A stretch of DNA of 64,000 bases from Macrostomum lignano (taxonomy: Eukaryota), in assembly GCA_002269645.1 (NCBI GenBank), contig NIVC01000861.1, positions 1-64,000 on the forward strand, written 5' to 3'. Of this stretch, positions 36,201 to 48,200 are shown piece by piece. The notes under the pieces are model-generated. The model ran no database searches. It had not been told where the DNA came from and saw only the letters and a program-made list of their open reading frames with translations. Both the position numbers and the translations under genes were made by a program. Each line of letters opens with the position of its first letter. Position 1 is the first letter of the stretch.

Positions 36201-39200
36201 TTGGTGAACTCACTATAGTTGGTGAACTCACTATAATTGGTGAACTCACTATAGTTGGTGAACTCAGGGTAGTTAGTGAACTCAATATAGTTAGTGAACG
36301 CTACATAGTTGGTGAACTCACTATAGTTGGTGAACTCACTAATAGTTGGTGAACTCTCTGTAGTTGGTGAACTCACTAATAGTTAGTGAACTCACCTGCA
36401 CTGGCCATTCACGCGGCCATCGTCAGTGACGACACCGCCAGCTTTTGTGACTCTGGTTGCTTCGTCACGGTCTCGCTGGGCCAGGAAGCAGCGGGTGAGC
36501 CGGCGCCCAGCTCCATCTTCAGCTTCCGGAATCCGCGGTCGCTGAACAAGCAGGGCTTCAACGTCACCTGCATTGGCGGCTGTCACCTGAGGTTTAATGG
36601 CAATCGAAGTGGTGATTCTTATGGGACTTCTATGGGGATTCTTACGGGACTTCTGTAGGGATTTTTATGGGACTTCTGTAGGGATTCTTATGAGACTTCT
36701 GTAGGGATTCTTATGAGACTTCTGTAGGGATTCTTGTGGGGCTTCTATGGGGATTCTTTTGGGGCTTCTATGAGGATTCTTTTGGGACTTCTATGGGGAT
36801 TATTTTGGGACTTCTGTAGGGATTCTTATAGGACTTCTATAGGAATTCTTATGAGACTTCTGTAGGGATTCTTATGGGACTTCTGTAGGGATTCTTATGA
36901 GACTTCTGTGGGGATTCGTTTGGGACTTCTGTAGGGATTCTTATAGGACTTCTCTAGGGATTCTTATGGGACTTCTGTAGGGATTCTTATGAGACTTCTG
37001 TAGGGATTCTTATGAGACTTCTGTGGGGATTCTTATGAGACTTCTGTAGGGATTCTTATGAGACTTCTGTGGGGATTCTTATGAGACTTCTGTAGGGATT
37101 CTTATGAGACTTCTGTGGGGATTCTTATGAGACTTCTGTAGGGATTCTTATGAGACTTCTGTGGGGATTCGTTTGGGACTTCTGTAGGGATTCTTATAGG
37201 ACTTCTCTAGGGATTCTTATGGGACTTCTGTAGGGATTCTTATGAGACTTCTGTAGGGATTCTTATGAGACTTCTGTGGGGATTCTTATGAGACTTCTGT
37301 AGGGATTCTTATGAGACTTCTGTGGGGATTCTTATGAGACTTCTGTAGGGATTCTTATGAGACTTCTGTGGGGATTCTTATGAGACTTCTGTAGGGATTC
37401 TTATGAGACTTCTGTGGGGATTCTTATGAGACTTCTGTGGGGATTCTTATGAGACTTCTGTAGGGATTCTTATGAGACTTCTGTGGGGATTCTTATGAGA
37501 CTTCTGTAGGGATTCTTATGAGACTTCTGTGGGGATTCTTATGAGACTTCTGTAGGGATTCTTATGAGACTTCTGTGGGGATTCTTATGAGACTTCTGTA
37601 GGGATTCTTATGAGACTTCTGTGGGGATTCTTATGAGACTTCTGTGGGGATTCTTATGAGACTTCTGTAGGGATTCTTATAGGACTTCTATAGGAATTCT
37701 TATGAGACTTCTGTAGGGATTCTTATGGGACTTCTGTAGGGATTCTTATGAGACTTCTGTAGGGATTCTTATGGGACTTCTGTAGGGATTCTTATGAGAC
37801 TTCTGTAGGGATTCTTATGAGACTTCTGTAGGGATTCTTATGAGACTTCTGTAGGGATTCTTATGAGACTTCTGTAGGGATTCTTATGAGACTTCTGTAG
37901 GGATTCTTATGAGACTTCTGTAGGGATTCTCTTTGGGATTTCCAAACAGAAAAATTAATTTTAGGCAACGGGATGAACAATATGGAATTTTCTTAGAAAG
38001 CAAAAGTTTTTCTTAGAAACGCCCGCACTCGCCTGCCAGTGCCCCGGCCACCGTTTCAAATGTAGGGCAGCGCAGGCGGCTCCTCGACGTCTTCCCAGAT
38101 TGCGCAGTCGCCGATGGCAGGTCAGCAGCGCGCGACGCAGCGCCGCACCTTCTGGCGAGGCGGCTGGCGCGGCGCCGGAACCAGCGACAACGCCTCGCAG
38201 TTCGGCTTTGAAGGCGCGGCAAAAGTCCGCCTGCAGTCGGCGAGCTATCGCGGCGTCGCCGTCGCCGTCGAACATGGCAAACAGGCCGCCGTCGGGCGTC
38301 GGGTAGGGCATCCGCTTGGCAACTGAGACGCTGATGATGGAGCTCGGCTGGGAGCCGGCGACCTCGGCGAGGCCGAACTGGAACGGTCCAACGCTCCTGA
38401 CGGAGCCAGTCGAGCCGCGTCGCTGCGCCGTTTGCAACGGCGTCGTCGGCGGAGACAGCAGCATCAGGGTCGACTCGGCCGAGGACGCGTCGACGGTGTG
38501 GATCGGGCTGCTGCTCCTGCGTCGGCGGGGAGGGGTACGTGTAGTTCAGACTGCCTTTTTCTACTATTAGTAGACAACTACAGATTTTTGTAAGTATTGA
38601 ATAAATTAGGCAAAAACAATCTGCTTCAATTCGGGTGTATTTTTAATGATTTTTACACCTAGCAACACCATAGCAACACCATGGCAACACTGTAGCAACA
38701 ATATAGAAACACCATAGCAACACCATGGCAACACCATAGCAACACTATAACAACATCATAGCAACACTATAGCAATACCATAGCAACACAATAGCAACAC
38801 AATAGCGACACTATAGCAACATCATAGCAACACTATAGCAATATTATAGCAACACAATAGCAACACAATAGCAACACCATAGCAACTCTATAGCAACATC
38901 ATACATGTAGCAACACTATAGCATACCATAGCAATACCGTAGCAACACCATGGCAACACCGTAGCAACACCATAGCAACACCTTAGCAACACAATAGCAA
39001 CACAATAGCAACACAATAGCAACACCATAGCAACACCGTAGCAACACCATAGCAACACCGTAGCAACATCATAGCAACACTCTAGCAAGCAACACCGTAG
39101 CAACACCATAGCAACGGACAGAAGAGCAGCTCAGCCTGGTTCCCTGGTTTCAAATAATTTGATACTGCAGGCTTAACTGGGCTGTCCTGTGATTCACAGC

Positions 39201-42200
39201 CATGAGGGCCAACCCCCAAGGCACACAGAGTGTACATGCCTGACAGTCAAACGGCCGCCTGTACACCCTGTGTGAGCGTGTGTATGAGTGCTGTGCCTGC
39301 GTACAGTATTGGCGCGCTTGTGTGTTGCTCAGGAGTCTGCGGAATGGGCTGATTGCCGTCATCGCTGGCTGTGTGCATGGGGCGAGTGGAAGTTTAAAGC
39401 TTTGCCTAGCAACAGAAAATCTCGTTTAATTCTTTGATGCTATGACAGCTAATTTTAGCGACTTTGAGTTTCCTGAGTTTGATAATCATTTTTACAGCAA
39501 TTTCGCCACAAAGGAAATCTGGATCATAATTTACCTAAATAAGTATTATGCGAATTCGCGAATGCATGAAGCAAGGCAAGTTAAAAGGAAATAAAGGATG
39601 TTGGATTTATTGAAGGATTCGAATGATTTGATGGATTTTTCTCTCTGTGTGATATGTCGATCGTAGACTTCTTTCTTTGCTGGAGAACGAAAATAATTGC
39701 ATTTTTAATAATTCTGACATCTGCTTGATTATCTGCTGTTTCGAGTTATAGGCCTCTTTTTGCTTGACGTCACGCATATTGGTGTGTTAGACAGGCAATC
39801 ACCGGTCAGACAGGGAATCACCGGTTAGACAGGGAATCACCGGTTAGACAGGGGATCATTGGTTAGACAGGGTAATCATTGGTTAGACAGGGTAATCATT
39901 GGTTAGACAGGGTAATCATTGGTTAGACAGGGTAATCACTGATTAGACAGGGAATCACCGGTTAGACAAGGAATCACCGGTTAGACAGGGAATCACCAGT
40001 TAGACATGGGAATCACCGGTCAGACACGGGAATCACCGGTTAGACAGGGAATCACCGGTTTCAAACATGGAATCCTCGATTAGACAGGGAATCACCGGTT
40101 AGACAGGGAATCACCGGTTAGACAGGGAATCACCGGTTAGACAGGGAATCACCAGTTAGACATGGGAATCACCGGTCAGACACGGGAATCACCGGTTAGA
40201 CACGGGAATCCCCGATTAGACATGGGAATCACCGGTCAGACACAGGTCCAACCACAGTTTCCCACCTCACGGAAGCCAGGTCCTGCATAGACATGCCCAT
40301 CTGCTGGTTGCAGGAGAGGTCCAAGAAGCTGAGCCTGGATTCCATCAGATTGCGCACCGATCCGCTCAGTTTTGAGTTGCAGCCAACGTCAAGAGTTCGC
40401 AGTCTGGGCGAGTCGCTGAGGTCCGGCAGTCGCTGCAGGCAGTTGGAGTGAGCCCTGATCGTAACCAGGCGTTCGAGACGAGACAAAGTCGATGGCAGCG
40501 TCTTCAGCTGGTTGCCGGATATGTTCAATTCGCGAAGCTCGCAAAACTGAAGCATTGTTCTGCATGAGGGGGTACGTTTGAATGCTTTTATTTCGTGGCA
40601 AATACTGTAGAGAAAATAAGACTAAAAACACTAGAACTAAATTAGATGTTAAATTGAATACTAAGATACGCCAGTAAGTGGGCGCAGGGCCCAAACAAGT
40701 ATATTTATATGACTAATTTAGAGGGGGGTTGACTCCAGATAATAAGGAGAGGGGTGAAGTGCGCGACTGAAGAGAGAGGCGAGAATGGAGAACCAATCAG
40801 AAGGCAGCAAGGGAGAGAGAGAGATAAGAATAACAAGATTGAGCTGGACAGAGAAGAGAGAAAACAGAGTAAACAGAGACAAGTGAAGGTGAACTAAAGA
40901 AATGACTAGGAAGGTCGCGACACTCCCCCCAAAAAAATGGAACATTTTTTGAATTTTCGAGTACCATTACCAATTGAAATTAATGAGTTAGAATTAGGTC
41001 GAATTAAATTGAAAAACACATTCACAATAAATGGTGTATAAAACGATTTGAAAAATACATAATGACTAAGAATTTGAATACAAAAACAGTAGAGTGAATG
41101 CAAAATATTAAGAGCGAATTTTAAACTTAGATTTTTATTGAGTAGTTTTTGAACCAATGAGAAGACTGAAAAGACTGAATATATCCACCCTCCCCCTTAA
41201 AAATTAGCAATTTTTAATTGTAAATGGCTAGTACAGTTTAGAGAAAACATTAACATTGTCAGTTGAGTAAGAGAGCTGAGATGAGAGAGATGAGATGAGA
41301 ATCAAGTTGATGAAAAGAACAACTGGAGACGACTAGAGACAACTGGAGACACTGACAAGAGAGGAGGGGACCGAGTGAAGAAAGTTTGACAAAGACCGGT
41401 GAGATTGACTGCCGACACCGACTCCGAAGACGTGACGACGGCCCGAGTTGAATTGTGAATATGCCGCCGGCACCGACTCCGAAGACGAGACCGACAGCCC
41501 GAGTTGAAATGCGAATATGCTGCCGGCACCGACTCCGAAGACGAGACCGACAGCCCGAGTTGAAATGTGAATATGCTGCCGGCACCGACTCCGAAGACGA
41601 GACCGGCAACCAGAGATGAGACGATTGAGAGGCCGGCAGACGAGACGATTGAGAGGCCGGCAACCAGAGACGAGACGATTGAGAGGCCGGCAACCAGAGA
41701 CGAGACGATTGAGGCCGGCAACCAGAGACGAGACGATTGAGAGGCCGGCAACGAGACGATTGAGAGGCCGGCAACGAGACGATTGAGAGGCCGGCAACGA
41801 GACGATTGAGAGGCCGGCAACCAGAGACGAGACGATTGAGAGGCCGGTAGACGAGACGATTGAGAAGCCGGCAAGCAGAGACGAGACGATTGAGGCCGGC
41901 AACCAGAGAGGAGACGATTGAGAGGCCGGCAACGAGACGATTGAGAGGCCGGCAAGCAGAGACGAGACGATTAGGAGTCGATGACGGGATGACGAGATGA
42001 CTGGTGTAGGGCTACGACAACGACGATGGCATGGCCTTTGCCAGCCTTACTGTATTGACTGAATTATTTTTCATTGGGCGCCATGTAGAGAAAATAAGAC
42101 TAAAAACACTAGAACTAAATTAGATGTTAAATTGAATACTAAGATACGCCAGTAAGTGGGCGCAGGGCCCAAACAAGTATATTTATATGACTAATTTAGA

Positions 42201-45200
42201 GGGGGGTTGACTCCAGATAATAAGGAGAGGGGTGAAGTGCGCGACTGAAGAGAGAGGCGAGAATGGAGAACCAATCAGAAGGCAGCAAGGGAGAGAGAGA
42301 GATAAGAATAACAAGATTGAGCTGGACAGAGAAGAGAGAAAACAGAGTAAACAGAGACAAGTGAAGGTGAACTAAAGAAATGACTAGGAAGGTCGCGACA
42401 AATACATGCACTGTGAGCGAATTTAATAAAAAATTCTGACAAGAAAAAGAACAGAACTTTCTTTGGGTGCTTCTTTTGCATGAGACATTGACCCCGATGA
42501 TCACAACTGATCACCGGGGGCAATTCTTTTAAAACACCCTTCTAATTCCCCCCAAACACCATTCTAATTCCCCTCACTTACAATTCTAATTCCCCTCTGA
42601 TACCATTTTAATTCCCCTCACATACAATTCTTATTCTCCTCAAGTACCAGTTTAATTCCCTTCAAATGCCATTCTAATTCCCCTCAAACAACATTCTAAT
42701 TCCCCTCAAATACCAATATAATTCTCTTCAAACAAAAACATTCTAATCCCCCTCAAATACCATTCGAATTCTTTTCAAACAGCATTCTAATTCCCCTCAA
42801 ATTACCATTCTAATCTCCCTCAAACACCATTCTAATTCCCTTCAAACACCATTCGAATTCCCTTCAAACACCATTCTAATTCCCTTCAAACACCATTCTA
42901 ATTCCCTTCAAACACCATTCTAATTCCCCTCAAACACCATTCTAATTCCTTTCAAACACCATTCTAATTCCCTTCAAACACCATTCTAATTTCCCTCAAA
43001 CACCATTCTAATTCCTCCTCAAATACCATTCTAATTCCCCTCAAACACAATTCGAATCCCGCGGCACACAATGTACTCAAAAGAAGCCCAGACTCACTCG
43101 TCGTTAATCTCCGTGAGCCGGTTAAACGCTAGCAGCAGAGTCCGCAGGCTGCTCCCAAAGTTCTCCGCAAGGAAGCTGACATCTGCATCGCTGAATTGGT
43201 TGAACGAAGCCGTCAGGACTTGAAGTCGATTGCCGGAATTCCTAAGCGGCAGTTTTGGCAACTCAACGAGCTGATTGTTGGCTAAATTCAACTCAACTAG
43301 AGCTGGCGTCAGGTGGAACAGAGCCGCTGGTAGCCTAGTTAACTGGTTGCTATCGAGACAGAGCTCTAGCAGCTCAGTCAGACCGTTGGCAGCATCGGCT
43401 GGCGCAGCTGGCAGCTCCGCTATCCGGTTTCGCTCCAGACGGAGGCTCTGCAACTTGGCGCAGCGCCAGATGTCGGCTGGCAGTCGGCGAATTTCATTGC
43501 CGCCGGCGTGCAGTCGGAGGAGGCTGGCCCGGCCAGACGGCCACAAACAGTCGGGCAGGCTGTCAAGGCGGTTGTCACTGACGTCGAGGCATTCGAGACG
43601 CTTCGGTGGCGGCGATATTTTTAGGCTTTGCAGCTCTGCGTTGGCGGGGATCGAGACATTGGCTTGGGGAGGTTCTTTGGAACTTTTCGATCAGCTTTGG
43701 GGAAATCCAGTTTCTCTCTAGTGACCTTGAGGAAAGGCAGTCTCTGTTTAGTGACCTTGAGGTAAGCGAATTCCTTTCCAGTGACCTTAAGGAAGGCAGT
43801 ATCTCTTTAGTGACTTTGATATGAATAAAAGCCTATTTTTGTCCAGTGACCTTGAGAAAAGCAAGTTTCTCTTCAGTAACCTTGCGGAAAGCGAGTCTCT
43901 CTCCAGTGACCTTAAGGAAAGGCAGTCTCTCTTTAGTGACCTTGAGGAAAGCGAGTCTCTCGAGTAATCTTGCGGAAAGCGAGTCTTTCGATCCAGTGAC
44001 ATTGAAGAGAGCCAGTTTCTCTCCAGTGACCTTGAGGAAAGCCAGTTTCTCTCCAGTGACCTTGAGGAAAGCCAGTTTCTCTCCAGTGACCTTGAGGAAA
44101 GCCAGTTTCTCTCAAGTGACCTTGAGGAAAGCCAGTTTCTCTCCAGTGACCTTGAGGAAAGCCAGTTTCTCTCCAGTGACCTTGAGGAAAGCCAGTTTCT
44201 CTCCAGTGACCTTGAGGAAAGCCAGTTTCTCTCAAGTGACCTTGAGGAGAGCCAGTTTTTCTCCAGTGACCTTGGGGATAGCCAGTTTCTCTCCAGTGAC
44301 CTTGAGGAAAGCCAGTTTCTCTCCAGTGACCTTGAGGAAAGCCAGTTTCTCTCCAGTGACCTTGAAGAAAGGCAGTCTCTCTCCAGTGACCTTAAGGGAA
44401 AGCCAGTTTTTCTCCAATAATTGGGGAAAGCGAGTCTCTCTCCAGTGACCTTGAGGAAAACCAGTCTCTTTCTTTCTAAGTGTATTGAATCGTAAAATGT
44501 AAGCAACTATAGTGTAATTATTAAGTATGGCTTAAAAAATACGAGCCTAGTAGCGTTTTAGTCAAAATATATCATTGAGTTAAAATAGTCTATACAGGAT
44601 AAAATATAGTTCATAGCTCGCACTAAACAGAAAGTACTCAAAACTCACTATTTTCAACCAATAACAGAGTTCTCAGTGCCGTTCCGTTGACGCAAATGTC
44701 TGCAAGCCTGTTCCTGTCACAGGACAGGAATTCCAGATGGGACAACGGCTGCAAATCCAGCGTCTCGATCTGGTAAATATAGCGGACAGGGGGGTTGGCT
44801 AAAAAATCTAAGCTGACTTTAGAAAATTCTTTTGAACTGTTTTCTGAAAAAATCTAAAAATTCTTGTCTCTGTATCCATGAAGTTAAATTTAGCACACTA
44901 TATATGAGAACTTGCTTGTGAATTCCTGAATTTTCATCAACGAAGAAGAGCTTCGACAAAGAAAGTTAATAATATCTATTTTACTATATTTACGCGCTCG
45001 CACATTATTTTTCACTTCAAAAAGGTTTTGTTCCTTTGAATAGTTTGCGAAAAGCAAATAAGTTTCTGTCCTTACAGCGAAGCCAAAGGAAATTTCGTAT
45101 TTTTAACTGACAGCAATGTACTACGTAGCAAATGTAGTTTTATAGATTTTTAGCCACACAATCTAGACTAACACGATCTATTCTGACACAATCTAATCTG

Positions 45201-48200
45201 ACACAATCTAATCTGACACAATCTAATCTGACAAAATCTAATCTGACACAATCTATTCTGACACAATCTAATCTGACACAATCTAATCTGACACAATCTA
45301 ATCTGACACAATCTAATCTGACACAATCTAATCTGACACAATCTAGACTAACACGATCTATTCTGACACAATCTATTCTGACACAATCTAATCTGACACA
45401 ATCTAATCTGACACAATCTAATCTGACACAATCTATTCTGACACAATCTAATCTGACACAATCTAATCTAACACAATTTAATCTGACACAATCTAATCTG
45501 ACACAATCTAATCTGACACAATCTAGACTAACACGATCTATTCTGACACAATCTATTCTGACACAATCTAATCTGACACAATCTAATCTGACACAATCTA
45601 ATCTAACACAATCTAATCTGACACAATCTAATCTGACACAATCTAATCTAACACAATTTAATCTGACACAATCTAATCTGACACAATCTAATCTGACACA
45701 ATCTAGACTAACACGATCTATTCTGACACAATCTATTCTGACACAATCTAATCTGACACAATCTAATCTGACACAATCTAATCTAACACAATTTAATCTG
45801 ACACAATCTAATCTGACACAATATAATCTGACACAATCTAATCTGACACAATCTAATCTGACACAATCTAATCTGACACAATCTAATCTGACACAATCTA
45901 ATCTGGCACAATCTAATTTAACCGAATCTAATTTCACCCAATCTAATCGAATCAAGTCTAATCTCTCCCTCCAATCTAATCTAACCAAATCTACTATCAC
46001 CCAATCTAATCTCACCCAATCTAGTCTAATCAAATCTAATCTAACCAAATCTAATCTGACACAATCTAATCTCACCTAATCTAATCTAACCAAATCTAAT
46101 CGAATCAAATCTAATCTCTCCCTCCAATCTAATCTAACCAGATCTCCTATCACCTAATCTAATCTCACCCAATCTAGTCGAATCAAATCTAATCCAACCT
46201 AATATAATCTAACCGAATCTAATCTCACCTAATCTAATCTAACCAAATCTAATCGAACCAAGTCTAATCTAGCCTAATATAATCTAACCGAATCTAATCT
46301 CACCTAATCTAATCTAACCAAATCTAATCGAATCAAATCTAATATTTCCCTCCAATCTAATCTAACCAAATCTCCTATCACCTAATTTAATCTCACCCAA
46401 TCTAGTCGAATCAAATCTAATCCAACCTAATATAATCTAACCGAATCTAATCTCACCCAATCTAATCTAACCAAATCTAATCGAACCAAGTCTAATCTAG
46501 CCTAATATAATCTAACCGAATCTAATCTCACCCAATCTAATCTAACCAAATCTAATTGAATCAAGTCTAATCTCTCCCTCCAATCTAATCTAACCAAATC
46601 TACTATCACCTAATCTAATCTCACCCAATCTAGTCTAATCAAATCGAATCTAACCAAATCTAATCTAACCGAATCTAATCTCACCCAATCTAATCTAACC
46701 CAATCTAGTCTAATCAAATCTATTCTAACCGAATCTAATCTCAACATAATCAAATATAATCCAATTTAATATGACAAAATCTAATATAGCCAAATCTAAT
46801 GTACCTACACCCAATTTAATCTAACCCAATTTAATCTACCATGATCTAATCTAACCCCTGTCTAATCAAATCTCGAATTCCAACAACTAAAGCTCACCAG
46901 ATTATCCCTGAGATCCAGGTACACAAGGTGCGTGAGTCCGGCCAGTCCCAGACTGATCCCACTGTCAATCGCAACCAGTCGATTAAAACGCAAATTAATT
47001 CGTTTAATACCTCCAGCGTCCAGGCGTTGAGCCAGAGCATCCGGGATGCTACTGAGCTGGTTGCCAGGCAAGATGATGTCACTGTTGCTAGGCAGACAGG
47101 CTAATACGGGAGGCAATTCTTCGAACCGATTAAAAGCGATCAGCAGTACCGACAGTTGAGCGAGTGACGTCATCGAGTCTGGCAGCTCCGTGAGTCGATT
47201 GTTGTACAGGTAGAGGCTCCGAAGTCTGAGCGGTTCAGTGGGAGTTTTATACACCTAGATACAGATTTTATTGCTTGCACTTTGGCTGTGTTTGACTCTG
47301 CTGACACTTAGAGTTTGACACTGCTGACACTTATAGTTTGACACTGCTGACACTTATAGTTTGACACTTACTGACACTTATAGTTTGACACTGCTGACAC
47401 TGATAGTTTGACACTGCTGACACTTATAGTTTGACACTGCTGACACTTATAGTTTGACACTTACTGACACTTATGGTTTGACACTGCTGACACTTATAGT
47501 TTGACACTTACTGACACTTATAGTTTGACACTGCTGACACTTATAGTTTGACACTTACTGACACTTATGGTTTGACACTGCTGACACTTATAGTTTGACA
47601 CTTACTGACACTTATGGTTTGACACTTACTGACACTTATAGTTTGACACTGCTGACACTTATAGTTTGACACTTACTGACACTTATGGTTTGACACTGCT
47701 GACACTTATAGTTTGACACTGCTGACACTTATAGTTTGACACTTACTGACACTTATGGTTTGACACTGCTGACACTTATAGTTTGACACTTACTGACACT
47801 TATAGTTTGACACTGCTGACACTTATAGTTTGACACTTACTGACACTTATAGTTTGACACTTACTGACACTTATGGTTTGACACTGCTAAAGCTATAAAT
47901 GTCCTTCGATACTACTGACAACCTAGTTCGACGCAATCTGACCTTGAGTGAAGAGGTACTGACTTTAATCTTGAAATAATAATTAGGATAATTTTATAGT
48001 CGCCTACTTTATCAAATTGGAAATCTCGTTAGGCAGCGCCGAAATCTGATTGGCTGCTATATTTAGCTCAGTTAAAGAGCGCAGCCGGCACAGGCACGCG
48101 GGCAAAGTAGTTAGAAAGTTCTCGGACAAATCCAGACTAGTTAAATTTCGGAATCTGAAAAATAGATAAGGTACTTATAAAGCAGAGTTAGGGCCAGGGA

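Noticed and set aside
41259-41955. Ser-rich ORFs inside the LTR element as gag
   Set aside because: Derived from internal tandem repeats; no CCHC knuckle or capsid-like features.
43787-44506. 239- and 200-aa RSLERNWLSS / VTLRKASFSP ORFs
   Set aside because: 30-bp intronic minisatellite.
45140-46075. 311-aa RLDCV repeat ORF that looks LRR-like
   Set aside because: Pure 15-bp satellite between real LRR exons; it lacks LxxLxLxxN.
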